NCBI GenBank assembly: GCA_963932905.1
Contig: CAWVRN010000011.1
Location: forward strand, 32,001-96,000
Direction: 5' to 3'
Source of the DNA: an uncultured Bdellovibrio sp.
GTDB taxonomy: Bacteria > Bdellovibrionota > Bdellovibrionia > Bdellovibrionales > Bdellovibrionaceae
Length of the DNA stretch: 64,000 bases
Shown: one piece after another, positions 48,844 through 61,408 of the stretch
Layout: every line of letters begins with the position of its first letter
Position numbering within the stretch: position 1 is the stretch's first letter
The notes under the pieces: generated by a model
Database searches by the model: none
Seen by the model: the letters and a program-made list of their open reading frames with translations, nothing else
Told to the model about the DNA's origin: nothing
Made by a program: the position numbers and the translations under genes

Positions 48844-49344
48844 TCAACTCCAGCGAGGAGATTCAGTCACAAGCTCCTCATCGTAGGCAAAAGCGTCAGA
48901 ATCATGATAGTGCGATTCATAACGTAAGAACAGTTCAGCATCTGTATCAGAATCAAGGTGTCGTTTTAAATAAGGGAACACTTCGTTTTCTTCCTCATCC
49001 AAATGTTGTCCTACAATATCAGCTAAAACTTTAGCGCTGGCGGACCATTCTTGGTTAGTCAGATTTTCAGATAGCATGTCTTCAATTAATTGATCAACAA
49101 TCGCATGTTTGGTTTGTCCTTCATATGCCATGAAGTTTAGGTTTTCATCGTCTTGAGCTTTCATAAAGCTGTACACAACTTTTTCTTCACGTTGAGTGTG
49201 TGAAAGCAATAGTGGCAAAAAACGACCAAAGCAAAGTTGTCTATCAAGTTGGGCAATGTCTGTTTCTTTCAACAGGTTCATTTCTGCTCTTAATTTTTTA
49301 TGGTCAGCTTTGATGGCCTCTACCAATTGCGACGAGAAAAACAT
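48844..49344 (-). CDS. Hemerythrin (HHE) domain protein
   Basis: DH...HTQREEKVVY...H...HLDEEENEVFP; RBS GGAGG. Confidence 0.8.
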   Translation of the reverse strand: MFFSSQLVEAIKADHKKLRAEMNLLKETDIAQLDRQLCFGRFLPLLLSHTQREEKVVYSFMKAQDDENLNFMAYEGQTKHAIVDQLIEDMLSENLTNQEWSASAKVLADIVGQHLDEEENEVFPYLKRHLDSDTDAELFLRYESHYHDSDAFAYDEELVTESPRWS

Positions 49345-49393
49345 AAAACCTCCGTGTTGTTGTTCCTCAGTGAGTCGGTACATATAAGTAATA

Positions 49394-49409
49394 TGCAATG
49401 CAAAGGCCA
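49394..49409 (-). promoter_or_regulatory. sigma54 -24/-12 promoter of the hemerythrin gene
   Basis: Minus strand TGGCCTTTGCATTGCA (GG-N10-GC). Confidence 0.6.
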
Positions 49410-49586
49410 CTCATCTAAAAGAAAATTGTTAAATAAGAGTGAAGCTTTACAAATGTTTTGCCCCACATTAAGGAATTTTGCCCCATAATTTCTGTTTAAA
49501 TTTATATTCTTGTGAGAATCAAAAACAGTGTTTTACCTTTGAAGTATAAGCTTTAAATTGAGGGATTTATTAATAGTAAAAAAACG

Positions 49587-52538
49587 ATGAAACTAATTTG
49601 GAGCAGATTCTTTAAGATTCTGTCCTATTCAAAAAGTCATCGCCGTATATCTGAATGGTGGCAGAATTTGTCGGTCACTAAAAAACTATACGGAATTGTT
49701 GGCGTTATGGCGATGTTGATTGCTAGTGAATTGCTGACGTTGATGTTTGCGATGTCGACGTTGTCGGCAGTGCGTGCGTTTGTGGCTGGAGAAGGTCTTT
49801 GGACAAAAGCGCAAAAAGATGCGATCCATGGACTGTATCAGTATGCTATAAGCGGTGATGAAAAGTTTTTTGATAATTTTAAAGAAAATTTGATCATCAA
49901 TGAAGGCGATCATATTGCTTTGGTAGAAATGTCGAAAGGCAATGAATTTGACCGGCAAGTCGTCCGCAGGGGATTTGTCATGGGCGGCAATCATCCTAAA
50001 GATATCGACGGGATGATTGATTTGTTAACCAAGTACTATTGGATCAGTTATATTGAGGATGCCATAACCGCATGGACCAAGGGCGATAAATTACTAGCTG
50101 AACTCAGAAATTCTGCTGAAGATTTACATCAAGCGATTCAGAAAAAACGACCCAAAGTAAAAGCTCAGGCTCTAAAAAATATCGCTCGAATCAATAGTGA
50201 ATTGACAGACGTAGAAATCAGTTTCTCTAAAGCGCTTGGTGCTGGATCAAGATGGCTAGAAAACATGCTTCTTACCGTGTTATTACTTCTTGTCACCACA
50301 ATCGAAGGGACGGGGCTTTACTTAACCTATCGATTCAGTAAGAACCTAAGTGCGACATTAAAAAACCTGGCTGACACAGCCGCGGAAGTTGGGCGTGGAA
50401 ACTTTTCAAAAATGGCACCGGTGAATTCAAAAGACGAACTGGGGCAAGTCGCCATGGCATTGAATACCATGGCCAATGATTTGAAAGCTAGCGCTTTGAA
50501 GCGCGAACAAAGCGAAGAAGTTCTGCGATCGAGTGAAGAGAAATTCAGACTGCTTGTCGAGGCCGTTAACGAATATGCTATTTATATGTTAGATCCAAAT
50601 GGTATTGTTACCATTTGGAATTCTGGAGCACAAAATATTAAAGGTTACACCGCAGATGAAATTATCGGTAAACACCTTTCTATTTTTTATTCCAAAGAAG
50701 CGCAGGAAGCTCATCAACCGGAGAAGGATTTAGCTCGCGCCAGAACGAATGGCCGATATGAATATGAAGGAATACGCATTCGTAAAGATGGATCCACGTT
50801 CTTAGCCAGTCTGGTGATCACAGCATTGTATGATCGCAATGGTCAATTGAAGGGATACTCTAAGGTCACTCGCGATATTACTGAACGCAAAGAAGCAGAA
50901 CTGCGACTGTATCGACTGAACGAAAGTCTTGAAAGACGTTTTGAATCGCGAACTCGTGAACTGCAAGATCGCGATTATCAAATGCGGATTTTGACAAACG
51001 CATTACCTGTGCTGATTGCACAGATCGATATCAACGAGAAAATTATTTTCTCTAACGAAAAATTTGCTGAATGGGTAAATTGCAATAATCAACATGTTGT
51101 TGGTCAGTCTCTGAAAGATACTGTGGGCAGTGAACGCTACCGTGCTTTAAGTAAATACGTAAAAAGAGTTTTAAGCGGCGAAGTTGTTTCTTACGAGCGA
51201 AGTGAGCGTGTGGCAGGGAATAGTCTTTTTGAAACTTTTTACAACATAACATTTGTTCCAGAGAAAGATTTATTGGGCCGAGTAACTAGTTTTATTTTAG
51301 TCGCCAACGACGTCACGAAATATAAAGAAATCGAAGCAGAATTAAAAAGTGCAAAAGAACAAGCCGATGTCGCGAGTTCTACAAAAAGTGCCTTCTTAGC
51401 AAATATGAGTCACGAAATACGCACCCCACTTGGAGCCATTTTGAGTTTCTCTGAATTATTGCTCGGGCAAGAATTGACCTCGGAAGAACGTGTTCGTGGC
51501 GCCGAAGTAATTAAGCGAAACGGATTTTTATTGTCGAATATCATCAACGACATTTTGGATTTATCAAAAGTCGAAGCCGGTAAATTGGACATCGAACGGG
51601 TAGCTGTTCATTTTGATGAAGTCGTTAGTGAAATTAAATCGCTTTTAAATTTGAAGGCGACCGAGAAAGGAATTCGTTTAACGGTCACCGCTGATGGTGG
51701 AGTACCTGATATCATTATGACGGATCCGCTACGATTAAGACAGATCTTGTTGAACATAGTAGGAAATGCGATCAAGTTCACTCAACAAGGATCCGTCGAA
51801 ATTAAAATCAGTTTGGTGTCTGAAAATTCTGGCGCGCCTAAATTACGATTCCTCGTGAAGGATACCGGTAAAGGCATCAAACCAGAACATGCGAAAAAGT
51901 TATTTGAACCATTTAGTCAGGAAGACGTATCAACCACACGCAAATACGGTGGCACGGGATTGGGATTGGTACTGTCAAAAAAATTGGCGAACAGTTTGGG
52001 CGGTGATGTTGTTTTGCTTTCAAGCAACCCGGATGTCGGCAGTACATTTAGTATCACTATTGATCCCGGTGATTTGAAAAAAGTGTTATTTCAGAACTTT
52101 GAAACGAAGCACATCGATTCAGCACCAATAGTTGACGTGGATGTTGATTTTAGCCAAGTAAAAATTCTTTTGGTAGATGACAGTTTAGACAATCAGCTAA
52201 TTGTTACTCATTTGTTAAGAAAGACGGGCGCTAAAATAGATACGGCTAGCAATGGTCGTGAAGGCGTCGATAAAGCTAAATTGAATAACTACAATATAAT
52301 CCTGATGGATTTACAAATGCCAGTGCTAGATGGTTACGGTGCTATTCAAGAATTGAAAGAGGCTGGATATAAAAAACCAATTATAGCGCTAACGGCGCAC
52401 GCAATGAAAGAAGAACGTGTACGTTGTTTAGAAAATGGATTTGTTGATCATCTAAGTAAGCCTGTAGATCGGCAGCTATTAATAAAAGTTATAGATAAGA
52501 ATACTAAAACTCGCGGCGAAATAAGCGCCACGTTATAG
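49587..52538 (+). CDS. Hybrid sensor kinase (TM-HAMP-PAS-PAS-HisKA-HATPase-REC)
   Basis: [29 protein letters not shown]. Confidence 0.92.
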   Translation: MKLIWSRFFKILSYSKSHRRISEWWQNLSVTKKLYGIVGVMAMLIASELLTLMFAMSTLSAVRAFVAGEGLWTKAQKDAIHGLYQYAISGDEKFFDNFKENLIINEGDHIALVEMSKGNEFDRQVVRRGFVMGGNHPKDIDGMIDLLTKYYWISYIEDAITAWTKGDKLLAELRNSAEDLHQAIQKKRPKVKAQALKNIARINSELTDVEISFSKALGAGSRWLENMLLTVLLLLVTTIEGTGLYLTYRFSKNLSATLKNLADTAAEVGRGNFSKMAPVNSKDELGQVAMALNTMANDLKASALKREQSEEVLRSSEEKFRLLVEAVNEYAIYMLDPNGIVTIWNSGAQNIKGYTADEIIGKHLSIFYSKEAQEAHQPEKDLARARTNGRYEYEGIRIRKDGSTFLASLVITALYDRNGQLKGYSKVTRDITERKEAELRLYRLNESLERRFESRTRELQDRDYQMRILTNALPVLIAQIDINEKIIFSNEKFAEWVNCNNQHVVGQSLKDTVGSERYRALSKYVKRVLSGEVVSYERSERVAGNSLFETFYNITFVPEKDLLGRVTSFILVANDVTKYKEIEAELKSAKEQADVASSTKSAFLANMSHEIRTPLGAILSFSELLLGQELTSEERVRGAEVIKRNGFLLSNIINDILDLSKVEAGKLDIERVAVHFDEVVSEIKSLLNLKATEKGIRLTVTADGGVPDIIMTDPLRLRQILLNIVGNAIKFTQQGSVEIKISLVSENSGAPKLRFLVKDTGKGIKPEHAKKLFEPFSQEDVSTTRKYGGTGLGLVLSKKLANSLGGDVVLLSSNPDVGSTFSITIDPGDLKKVLFQNFETKHIDSAPIVDVDVDFSQVKILLVDDSLDNQLIVTHLLRKTGAKIDTASNGREGVDKAKLNNYNIILMDLQMPVLDGYGAIQELKEAGYKKPIIALTAHAMKEERVRCLENGFVDHLSKPVDRQLLIKVIDKNTKTRGEISATL

Positions 52539-52588
52539 ACTAATTGCCCCGAAAAATTCATAGATGATAATTAAGTGACAAGTGCTTT

Positions 52589-52604
52589 TGGTACTTGGAT
52601 TGCT
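52589..52604 (+). promoter_or_regulatory. sigma54 -24/-12 promoter of the Hpt gene
   Basis: TGGTACTTGGATTGCT (GG-N10-GC). Confidence 0.65.
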
Positions 52605-52640
52605 TCTCTATATTTATTGTAGCTCATGGAGGGGCGAAAT

Positions 52641-52901
52641 ATGAACACTGAATTATTCACCAAGCAAATACCTAAGTTATTTCGACAGATGTACCAAGGT
52701 CTTGAACAATATGATGCCTATGCGATTAAACGTGCGGCACACAATCTGAAAGATAGTTGCTGTTATTTAGAGCTAGACGATGTGGCGCAAGTCTGTCGCG
52801 ATGTCGAAACCAGTGCGAACAAAGGCTTAGAGGGGCAGGCGGATGTTGCTTTGCTGATACAGAAACTAGAACGCGCCTTTTCTATCGAAATATTGAAATA
52901 A
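52641..52901 (+). CDS. Hpt phosphotransfer protein
   Basis: AAHNLKDS; RBS GGAGGGG. Confidence 0.7.
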   Translation: MNTELFTKQIPKLFRQMYQGLEQYDAYAIKRAAHNLKDSCCYLELDDVAQVCRDVETSANKGLEGQADVALLIQKLERAFSIEILK

Positions 52902-52963
52902 GACGACACGAAAAAAGAAAGGAAGTTTTTTTGGAAGGGATTATTTTACTAAGGGAGGACAAT

Positions 52964-53515
52964 ATGTCGTTTTTAAACTTTATACATAAAAGTCCAGAAC
53001 CGACTAGTGCCAATGAGCAAGGGACTGCGGGTAATAGCGGTGCTCCCCAACTTATCAGTGAAGAAGTGAGCGGGGTAAACGACGAATTCAATCAATACAT
53101 GGAATACTACATGGACATGATTAGAATGAAATCAAAAGGAAATGTCCTAATTGTAGAAGATGATGAATTTTGTCGATTTATCATTGAAAACGCAGTTAAA
53201 GAATACAGCAGAGAGATTTCTATTACGACATGTGCATCTGTTGAAAACGCCGTCGAAATTTTGAAAAGCAAACCGTATGACTTAGTCATTTCTGATTACT
53301 ATTTAGAGGGCAGCGGTAATGGACTGGATTTATGTCATCACGTAGGTACGTTTTATCCAAAAACAAAATGCCTAATGATGTCGAGTATGAATTTTCCACA
53401 GTATAAAGAAGTCGTTTCTAAAGCAGGGGCATCACCCGAATTTATGGAAAAACCCATCAAACCATCATTGATAAAAAAATATTTAACTTCGTTTTTTCAG
53501 GATCTGAATCCGTAG
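52964..53515 (+). CDS. Single-domain response regulator
   Basis: IVEDD, ISDYYL, EKP; RBS GGGAGG. Confidence 0.8.
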   Translation: MSFLNFIHKSPEPTSANEQGTAGNSGAPQLISEEVSGVNDEFNQYMEYYMDMIRMKSKGNVLIVEDDEFCRFIIENAVKEYSREISITTCASVENAVEILKSKPYDLVISDYYLEGSGNGLDLCHHVGTFYPKTKCLMMSSMNFPQYKEVVSKAGASPEFMEKPIKPSLIKKYLTSFFQDLNP

Positions 53516-53537
53516 ATAATTTTTCTACAAATTTTTG

Positions 53538-55616
53538 TTAGGTCAGAAAATTATCATTTGATTTCATAGTTTGTTTGCTTTTGCGAACAAGGCGCGCAAC
53601 CAAACTGATCAATTTTTCACTATTTACCGGTTTGGTAAAATGTTCTGTGCAACCGGCATTAAGGCAACGAGTACGTTCTTCCATCAATGCGTGTGCGGTC
53701 AGTGCTACGATGGGAAGTTCAAAACCTCGTTTTCTAAGGATGCGAGTGGCTTCGTAACCATCCAATTTAGGCATTTGAATATCCATTAAAATAATATCAT
53801 AGTTACCTTCAGAGGCCTTGCTAATGCCTTCATAGCCATTGTCTGCAAAATCAACTTTTGCACCCGCAGAATTTAAAAACATACCAATAACCATTTGGTT
53901 ATCAGGAGCATCTTCCACTAAAAGTATGTTAATTCCTTTAAGAGAATTTTCTGTTACCTCCACGTTTTCGAAAGAAATGTCTTCGCGTTCTTGATCAAGG
54001 GATTTAAATCCGTTAACCCAATTACAATAGGGTACTGGACGCGCTTTGATTTGAATTTTAAACGTACTCCCATAATCAGCCTGAGTTGATTCTAACGTTA
54101 CATTGCCGCCCAATGCTTGTGCCAATTTTTTTGATAGTGCCAAACCTAACCCGGTTCCGCCAAACAAGCGGGTAGTTGAACTATCGACTTGAGCAAACGG
54201 TTGGAATAATCGTTCGACTTGATCGTTCTTAATACCGACACCAGAATCTTCGACTGTCATTTCTAAAGTTCCATCCTCTGCCAGTTGATCACCGATCCAA
54301 CGCACACGAACTTGAACCGCTCCTTTTTCAGTAAACTTAATGGCATTGCTTACGATGTTAGTCAGTATTTGGCGTATACGAGTGGGGTCAGATTGAATTT
54401 TTTCAGGAATAAATGTTTCCAGAATAAATTTCAGATCAAGTCTTTTTTCCTCGGTTTTGATCGCAAGAAGTGATTTGATATCGTACAGTAAGTCAGTCAG
54501 GTTAAATTCGATAATTTCAATTTCTAATCGGCCGGCTTCAATTTTTGAAATATCTAAAATTTCATCGATGACATTTAAAAGCTGCTTCCCATTTCGATGA
54601 ATAGTGGAAATGGCATGCTGACGTTCAAACTCATTTTGTTTTGGATTTAATAGTAGTTCCGTAAAGCCAAGAATTGCGCTCATCGGTGTTCTGATTTCGT
54701 GACTCATATTTGCCAAGAAATAAGTTTTTGCCATATTGGCTGAAACGGCTTGTTGTTGTGCTATCACTAGTTTTTCTTCGCTGATCTTTCGATCATGAAT
54801 GTCTGTGCAGGTTCCAACCCACGATACGACTTCGTGGCCTTTTAAATCTGGTACTGCGATAATCCAATGCCAGCGCCATTGGCCGTCGTGACGACGAATG
54901 CGGGATTCGATTTCAAATGCTTTCAGTGTTCCCATCGAACGCATCCAGTTCAGTAAAAAACGACCTAGGTCGTCCGGATGAATAGCACTCTGCCATGCAG
55001 AGCCGATACTTTCACCGTCGGTAAGGCCGGTGTAACGATACCAAACATGATTAAAATAATCCACTGTGCCTTCAACACGTGCTTTCCATACTATGTGTGG
55101 AATTGAATCAGCTAACTTGCGATACTGGCGTAGACTTTCGACTTCGAGTTCCGTTAATTTGAAATATTTTTCACGACGTTCACTTTCTCGGATAATGATG
55201 GATTGCTGCTGTAGCTGTTGATTTTTTAAAAACAGATCTACGAATATTTTCACCTTCGAACGTAAAATATAGGGCTCAAACGGTTTGAAAATATAGTCGA
55301 CTGCACCAGCTTCATAACCGCGGTATATATATTGATCGTCGGTATTGATGGCCGTGACAAAAATAATCGGCGTATCTTTGTGACCGCGATAGTTTTTTCG
55401 CATGAGTTGGGCTGTTTCGAAACCATCCATCTCGGGCATCTGTACGTCTAACAAAATGACGGCAAAGTTATATTTATCAAGCTGGCTTAATGCCTCAGGG
55501 CCGGATTGAGCCAACACCAAATTCAAATTTGGTATATCACGCAGTACGGCCTCCATAGCAATTAGGCCGTCCATTCTGTCGTCAACAAGTAGTATATCCA
55601 CCAAGGCAGGTTTCAT
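53538..55616 (-). CDS. Hybrid kinase REC-PAS-HisKA-HATPase-REC
   Basis: [28 protein letters not shown]. Confidence 0.92.
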   Translation of the reverse strand: MKPALVDILLVDDRMDGLIAMEAVLRDIPNLNLVLAQSGPEALSQLDKYNFAVILLDVQMPEMDGFETAQLMRKNYRGHKDTPIIFVTAINTDDQYIYRGYEAGAVDYIFKPFEPYILRSKVKIFVDLFLKNQQLQQQSIIIRESERREKYFKLTELEVESLRQYRKLADSIPHIVWKARVEGTVDYFNHVWYRYTGLTDGESIGSAWQSAIHPDDLGRFLLNWMRSMGTLKAFEIESRIRRHDGQWRWHWIIAVPDLKGHEVVSWVGTCTDIHDRKISEEKLVIAQQQAVSANMAKTYFLANMSHEIRTPMSAILGFTELLLNPKQNEFERQHAISTIHRNGKQLLNVIDEILDISKIEAGRLEIEIIEFNLTDLLYDIKSLLAIKTEEKRLDLKFILETFIPEKIQSDPTRIRQILTNIVSNAIKFTEKGAVQVRVRWIGDQLAEDGTLEMTVEDSGVGIKNDQVERLFQPFAQVDSSTTRLFGGTGLGLALSKKLAQALGGNVTLESTQADYGSTFKIQIKARPVPYCNWVNGFKSLDQEREDISFENVEVTENSLKGINILLVEDAPDNQMVIGMFLNSAGAKVDFADNGYEGISKASEGNYDIILMDIQMPKLDGYEATRILRKRGFELPIVALTAHALMEERTRCLNAGCTEHFTKPVNSEKLISLVARLVRKSKQTMKSNDNFLT

Positions 55617-55618
55617 TT

Positions 55619-58600
55619 TTATGACTCTTTACTGCTAAGCCATTTATAAATCACAGCGAGTAAATGGTTTTCGTCGACTGGTTTAGTGACGTAGTCAGAC
55701 GCACCAGCTTCTAGACATTTCTCTCTATCACCTTTCATGGCTTTAGCCGTAAGCGAGATGATTGGTAAGTGCTGGAATTTTTCAATTTGTCTAATTTTCT
55801 GGGTAGCTGCTAGTCCATCCATTTCAGGCATCATTGTGTCCATCAAGACCAAGTCTGTTTCAGGATTTTCGACCAAGATATCGACGCCATGTTTACCGTT
55901 TTCCGCATAGATGACTTCGATGCCCCGGTTTTTTAAAATACTAGTTAATGCGAAAACGTTACGAACATCGTCATCAATGACTAAAATTTTGCGACCTGTG
56001 AAATCAGCATCTACGGGCAGTGGATAGTTAGCGCTCTCTAAGGACGCCAGCGCACTGGTCGTTATTTCCGATCCAGTGTATTTTTGAGGCAGGAATAACG
56101 TGAACACGCTACCGTGTCCTGGTTGGCTTTCCACTTCAATAATGCCGCCTAGGAGACGTGCGATTTCGCGACTGATTGTTAGGCCCAATCCTGTGCCTCC
56201 GTATTTCCTGCTTGTCGTGCCGTCTGCTTGTTGGAACGCTTCAAAGATTAGTTTTTGTTTTTCCCGAGGAATACCAATACCAGTGTCAGTCACTCGGAAG
56301 ACAATGGCACTCTTTGCTTTATTTAGTGTATCTAAGGCGAAGTGACGGGTCTTATCGGCTAGTGCGATTTCTAAAGTCACTTGGCCCTTTTCTGTAAATT
56401 TAAATGCGTTCGACAATAGATTTTTCAGAATCTGTTGCAAACGATTTTCATCGGTGTACATCGTTTTAGGTACGTCATCAGCCATTTTAATCGCAAAATT
56501 TAAACCTTTGTGTTCTGCGACCGGTTTAAATGTTTGCTCTAGGTAATCCCGCGCATCTTTGATTTCTACCGCTTTCGGAGTCACTGGCATCTTTCCAGCT
56601 TCCACTTTTGATAGATCCAAGATTTCGTTGATCAATGCTAATAGGTCTTGACCTGCAGAATGTACCGTCGTTGCAAACTTCACTTGTTCCGTACTTAAGT
56701 TTTTCTCGCGATTCTCTGCTAGTGTTTTCGACAAGATTAACAAACTATTAAGTGGTGTACGTAATTCATGCGACATGTTTGCCAAGAATTCTGATTTGTA
56801 CTTCGAAATAAGTGACAGCTGCTCTGCTTTTTCTTCTAATGATCGTGAAGCCAGCTCGACCTCTTGATTCTTAACTTCAAGCAGCTTTGAACGTTCTTCC
56901 AGCTCGGTCGCTTGCGCTTCCAGTTCGGCATTGGAACGTTTTAATTCCTGTAGAAGTTCTTCCGTTCTCATGCTTGACGAAATCATGTTCAAGATAACGC
57001 CGATGGAATCCATCAACTGATCTAGGAACGCAATATAGTTCTGCGAAAACGATCGATTCGAAGCTAATTCGATAACGGCTTTTAATTCGCCCTCGAATAG
57101 AACGGGTAGTACGATGATATTTTTAGGTTTCTCTTCCTGTAAAGAAGACGAAATCATTACGTAATCTTCGGTTGGTTGGCGCAAGATAATGCGTTTTCTT
57201 TCGAATGCACATTGACCGACCAATCCTTCTTTAAATTTATATTTATTAGAAACATTGCGACGTTCTGTGAATGCGTAGCTTGCGATCAAATTTAATGTCG
57301 ATTCATGATTTTCAGAATCAATCATGAAGAATGTTCCATGTTGAGCATCTACCAGGGGAGTCAACTCCGACATGATCAGCTGAGCCACCGAAGTGATACT
57401 GCGCTGACCTTGCATCATGCTCGAGAATTTAGCTAAGTTTGTTTTTAGCCAATCTTGCTCTTTATTTTTCTCGGTTGTATCTTTTAGGTTTCCGATCATT
57501 TGATTCAGATTACCTTTAAGTGCGGCAACCTCGCCTTGCGCTTCTACCGTGATCGATCGAGTTAAGTCACCTTTTGTAACCGCAGTCGAAACTTCCGCGA
57601 TCGCACGAACCTGAGACGTTAAGTTTCCGGCTAGCTGATTCACGTTATCCGTTAAATCTTTCCAAGTACCAGAGGCACCTGGAACTTTTGCTTGTCCACC
57701 CAGTTTACCTTCGATACCCACCTCGCGGGCAACCGTCGTAACCTGATCAGCGAATGTTCGTAGTGTGTCCGTCATCGAATTGATTGTTTCTGCTAGGGCC
57801 GCAACCTCACCCTTTGCTTCCAGAACGAATTTCTGATTCAAGTCACCGTTGGCAACGGCTGTCACGACTTTCACGATACCACGAACTTGTGTGGTTAAGT
57901 TTGTCGCCATGAAATTCACGTTATCCGTTAAATCTTTCCAAGTACCAGAGACACCCGGAACGCGCGCTTGTGCACCCAGTTTACCTTCGATACCCACCTC
58001 GCGGGCAACCGTCGTAACCTGATCAGCGAATGTTCGTAGTGTGTCCGTCATCGAATTGATTGTTTCTGCTAGGGCCGCAACCTCACCCTTTGCTTCCAGA
58101 ACGAATTTCTGATTCAAGTCACCGTTGGCAACGGCTGTCACGACTTTTACGATACCACGAACTTGTGTGGTTAAGTTTGACGCCATGAAATTCACGTTGT
58201 CTGTTAGATCTTTCCATGTGCCGCTGACACCTTTAACTTCCGCTTGTCCGCCCAGTTTCCCTTCAGTACCAACTTCCTTCGCCACACGAGTCACCTCCGC
58301 GGCGAACGAGTTCAGCTGATCCACCATGACGTTGATTGTGTTTTTAAGTTCCAGGATTTCGCCTTTGGCATCAACGGTAATTTTTTGAGATAAGTCGCCA
58401 TTTGCAACAGCAGTGGTAACTTTAGCGATATTACGAACCTGTGCCGTTAAATTTCCAGCTAGACCATTCACGTTGTCTGTTAAATCTTTCCATGTTCCAC
58501 TAACGCCCTTAACATCGGCTTGTCCGCCTAATTTTCCTTCGGTACCAACTTCTTTCGCCACACGAGTCACTTCGGCAGCGAACGAGTTCAACTGATCCAC

Positions 58601-61135
58601 CATGACGTTGATTGTGTTTTTCAGCTCTAGGATTTCGCCTTTGGCATCGACCGTGATTTTCTGAGATAAGTCGCCTTTAGCAACCGCTGTTGTTACTTTA
58701 GCGATATTACGAACTTGATCCGTTAGATTTCCAGCTAGACCATTCACATTGTCTGTTAGATCTTTCCAAGTGCCGCTGACGCCTTTAACATCGGCTTGTC
58801 CGCCCAGTTTCCCTTCAGTACCAACTTCTTTCGCCACACGAGTCACCTCGGCAGCGAATGATGAAAGCTGATCCACCATGACGTTGATGGTGTTTTTTAA
58901 CTCGAAGATCTCGCCTTTAGCATCGACCGTAATTTTTTGAGATAAGTCACCTTTAGCAACCGCTGTTGTTACTTTAGCGATATTACGAACTTGATCTGTT
59001 AAGTTTCCAGCAAGGCCATTTACGTTATCAGTTAAATCTTTCCAAGTCCCACTAACACCTTTTACGTCTGCTTGCCCACCAAGTCGTCCTTCGGTACCAA
59101 CTTCCTTCGCCACACGAGTCACCTCGGCAGCGAACGAGTTCAACTGATCCACCATGACGTTGATAGTATTTTTCAGCTCTAGGATTTCACCTTTAGCATT
59201 TACTGTAATTTTTTGAGATAAGTCACCTTTAGCAACGGCTGTTGTTACTTTAGCGATATTACGAACTTGATCCGTTAAGTTTCCCGCTAGGCCGTTCACA
59301 TTATCAGTTAGATCCTTCCATGTTCCACTAACGCCCTTAACATCGGCTTGTCCGCCCAGTTTTCCTTCGGTACCAACTTCCTTCGCCACACGAGTCACTT
59401 CAGCAGCGAACGAGTTCAGCTGATCCACCATGACGTTGATGGTATTTTTTAATTCAAAGATTTCGCCCTTGGCATCAACCGTAATCTTTTGCGACAAGTC
59501 GCCTTTGGCTACGGCCGTAGTTACCTTCGCAATGTTACGAACCTGATTCGTCAAATTGCCGGCTAGACCATTTACGTTATCAGTTAAATCTTTCCATGTG
59601 CCGCTAACACCTTTAACTTCCGCTTGTCCGCCTAGTTTCCCTTCGGTACCAACTTCCTTCGCCACACGAGTTACTTCGGCGGCGAACGAGTTCAGCTGAT
59701 CCACCATGACGTTGATTGTATTTTTAAGTTCCAGGATTTCGCCTTTGGCATCAACCGTGATTTTCTGAGATAAGTCGCCTTTAGCAACCGCTGTTGTTAC
59801 TTTAGCGATATTACGAACCTGCGCCGTTAGATTTCCAGCTAGACCATTCACATTATCAGTTAGATCCTTCCATGTTCCACTAACGCCTTTAACATCGGCT
59901 TGTCCGCCTAATTTTCCTTCGGTACCAACTTCTTTCGCCACACGAGTTACTTCGGCAGCGAACGAGTTCAGCTGATCCACCATGACGTTGATGGTATTTT
60001 TTAACTCGAAGATCTCGCCTTTAGCATCGACCGTGATTTTCTGAGATAAGTCACCTTTAGCAACCGCTGTTGTTACTTTTGCGATGTTACGAACCTGATT
60101 CGTCAGATTTCCAGCCAGACCATTCACGTTGTCTGTTAAATCTTTCCATGTGCCGCTGACGCCTTTAACATCGGCTTGTCCGCCTAGTTTCCCTTCGGTA
60201 CCAACTTCCTTCGCCACACGAGTTACTTCGGCGGCGAACGAGTTCAGCTGATCCACCATGACGTTGATGGTGTTTTTTAACTCGAAGATTTCACCTTTGG
60301 CATCGACCGTAATTTTTTGCGACAAATCGCCTTTGGCAACGGCAGTGGTCACTTTAGCGATATTACGAACTTGATCTGTTAAGTTTCCGGCAAGGCCATT
60401 TACGTTATCAGTTAAATCGCGCCAGATGCCCGAGGCACCCCGAACGTCGGCCTGTCCACCTAATTTACCCTCGGTGCCGACCTCCTTCGCTACGCGCGCC
60501 ACTTCGGATGTGAACGAGTTTAGTTGATCCACCATAGTGTTCACTGTAGTACCGATTCGAAGGAATTCCCCCTTAACTGTACGACCATCAATTTCAAGTG
60601 ACATCTTTTGCGACAAATCGCCTTTTGCCACAGATGTGATAACACGCGCGACTTCTACCGTGGGCTGCACAAGATCACCAATTAATAAGTTAATAGAATC
60701 AACACCGGATGCCCACGAACCCTTAACGGTTCCCATTGAAACACGCTCGTTCATTTTACCTTCTTGGCCAACCGTAGTTCTTACGCGCAAAAATTCATTC
60801 GCCATATTTTCATTGAGTTCAATGATATCATTTAATACTTCGCCAATTTCAGATATAATTCCTTCTTCTTCAGTCAATGGAACGCGTACGGAGAAATCAC
60901 CACGTCGTACAAGCTTGACTGTGTTTAACAACTGACGAAGTTGTTCGCGTGGAGCCGTAGAATTCGAAGGCATAGGCGTTAGGGGAGGGGCGACGGCTGT
61001 GTTTTCGTTTTCCAAATCAAGGGGATTTAGAGCAAATTGCTTGACCGAGATTTTATTTTTTCCCGATTTCAACTTCGATTTACTCTTTTTTACAATTCTA
61101 GAATTTGCTGGCGAAGCCAATTCTGATTTTTGCAT
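55619..61135 (-). CDS. Poly-HAMP hybrid histidine kinase (HAMP repeats-GAF-HisKA-HATPase-REC), group III/Nik1-like
   Basis: Tandem 92-aa units; [16 protein letters not shown] 61135 with RBS GGAGG. Confidence 0.92.
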   Translation of the reverse strand: MQKSELASPANSRIVKKSKSKLKSGKNKISVKQFALNPLDLENENTAVAPPLTPMPSNSTAPREQLRQLLNTVKLVRRGDFSVRVPLTEEEGIISEIGEVLNDIIELNENMANEFLRVRTTVGQEGKMNERVSMGTVKGSWASGVDSINLLIGDLVQPTVEVARVITSVAKGDLSQKMSLEIDGRTVKGEFLRIGTTVNTMVDQLNSFTSEVARVAKEVGTEGKLGGQADVRGASGIWRDLTDNVNGLAGNLTDQVRNIAKVTTAVAKGDLSQKITVDAKGEIFELKNTINVMVDQLNSFAAEVTRVAKEVGTEGKLGGQADVKGVSGTWKDLTDNVNGLAGNLTNQVRNIAKVTTAVAKGDLSQKITVDAKGEIFELKNTINVMVDQLNSFAAEVTRVAKEVGTEGKLGGQADVKGVSGTWKDLTDNVNGLAGNLTAQVRNIAKVTTAVAKGDLSQKITVDAKGEILELKNTINVMVDQLNSFAAEVTRVAKEVGTEGKLGGQAEVKGVSGTWKDLTDNVNGLAGNLTNQVRNIAKVTTAVAKGDLSQKITVDAKGEIFELKNTINVMVDQLNSFAAEVTRVAKEVGTEGKLGGQADVKGVSGTWKDLTDNVNGLAGNLTDQVRNIAKVTTAVAKGDLSQKITVNAKGEILELKNTINVMVDQLNSFAAEVTRVAKEVGTEGRLGGQADVKGVSGTWKDLTDNVNGLAGNLTDQVRNIAKVTTAVAKGDLSQKITVDAKGEIFELKNTINVMVDQLSSFAAEVTRVAKEVGTEGKLGGQADVKGVSGTWKDLTDNVNGLAGNLTDQVRNIAKVTTAVAKGDLSQKITVDAKGEILELKNTINVMVDQLNSFAAEVTRVAKEVGTEGKLGGQADVKGVSGTWKDLTDNVNGLAGNLTAQVRNIAKVTTAVANGDLSQKITVDAKGEILELKNTINVMVDQLNSFAAEVTRVAKEVGTEGKLGGQAEVKGVSGTWKDLTDNVNFMASNLTTQVRGIVKVVTAVANGDLNQKFVLEAKGEVAALAETINSMTDTLRTFADQVTTVAREVGIEGKLGAQARVPGVSGTWKDLTDNVNFMATNLTTQVRGIVKVVTAVANGDLNQKFVLEAKGEVAALAETINSMTDTLRTFADQVTTVAREVGIEGKLGGQAKVPGASGTWKDLTDNVNQLAGNLTSQVRAIAEVSTAVTKGDLTRSITVEAQGEVAALKGNLNQMIGNLKDTTEKNKEQDWLKTNLAKFSSMMQGQRSITSVAQLIMSELTPLVDAQHGTFFMIDSENHESTLNLIASYAFTERRNVSNKYKFKEGLVGQCAFERKRIILRQPTEDYVMISSSLQEEKPKNIIVLPVLFEGELKAVIELASNRSFSQNYIAFLDQLMDSIGVILNMISSSMRTEELLQELKRSNAELEAQATELEERSKLLEVKNQEVELASRSLEEKAEQLSLISKYKSEFLANMSHELRTPLNSLLILSKTLAENREKNLSTEQVKFATTVHSAGQDLLALINEILDLSKVEAGKMPVTPKAVEIKDARDYLEQTFKPVAEHKGLNFAIKMADDVPKTMYTDENRLQQILKNLLSNAFKFTEKGQVTLEIALADKTRHFALDTLNKAKSAIVFRVTDTGIGIPREKQKLIFEAFQQADGTTSRKYGGTGLGLTISREIARLLGGIIEVESQPGHGSVFTLFLPQKYTGSEITTSALASLESANYPLPVDADFTGRKILVIDDDVRNVFALTSILKNRGIEVIYAENGKHGVDILVENPETDLVLMDTMMPEMDGLAATQKIRQIEKFQHLPIISLTAKAMKGDREKCLEAGASDYVTKPVDENHLLAVIYKWLSSKES
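57500..60700 (-). repeat. 276-bp intragenic tandem repeat, about 11 conserved + 1 degenerate units
   Basis: [17 protein letters not shown] motif recurs at exact 276-bp spacing. Confidence 0.9.
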
Positions 61136-61346
61136 CGATCCTCCAAGAACACTTGTTTTGCGTGTATTTCCTTGAGTAAACAGAAATAAAAATCGCCTGG
61201 CCACAGATTTTATTTTTTGTCATTTTGTTGGGGCAAAATTCCACAACCCCAGTCTATGTTGTTAGAAAAGCTAAATTATTGTGTTTAGTGACATCATGTA
61301 TTCTTGGAAAAACTGGCTGACTAAATTAGTTAAATTTTTGTCAAAA

Positions 61347-61376
61347 AAAACCCAATCGTAAAAACGATTGGGTTTT
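61347..61376 (-). terminator. Rho-independent terminator
   Basis: AAAACCCAATCG-TAAAAA-CGATTGGGTTTT. Confidence 0.65.
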
Positions 61377-61408
61377 AAATACGAAGCTCTATCGATCAGA
61401 GATTTTTG

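Noticed and set aside
57500..60700. Regular repeats as a CRISPR array
   Set aside because: 276-bp in-frame coding repeats with no unique spacers and no cas genes.
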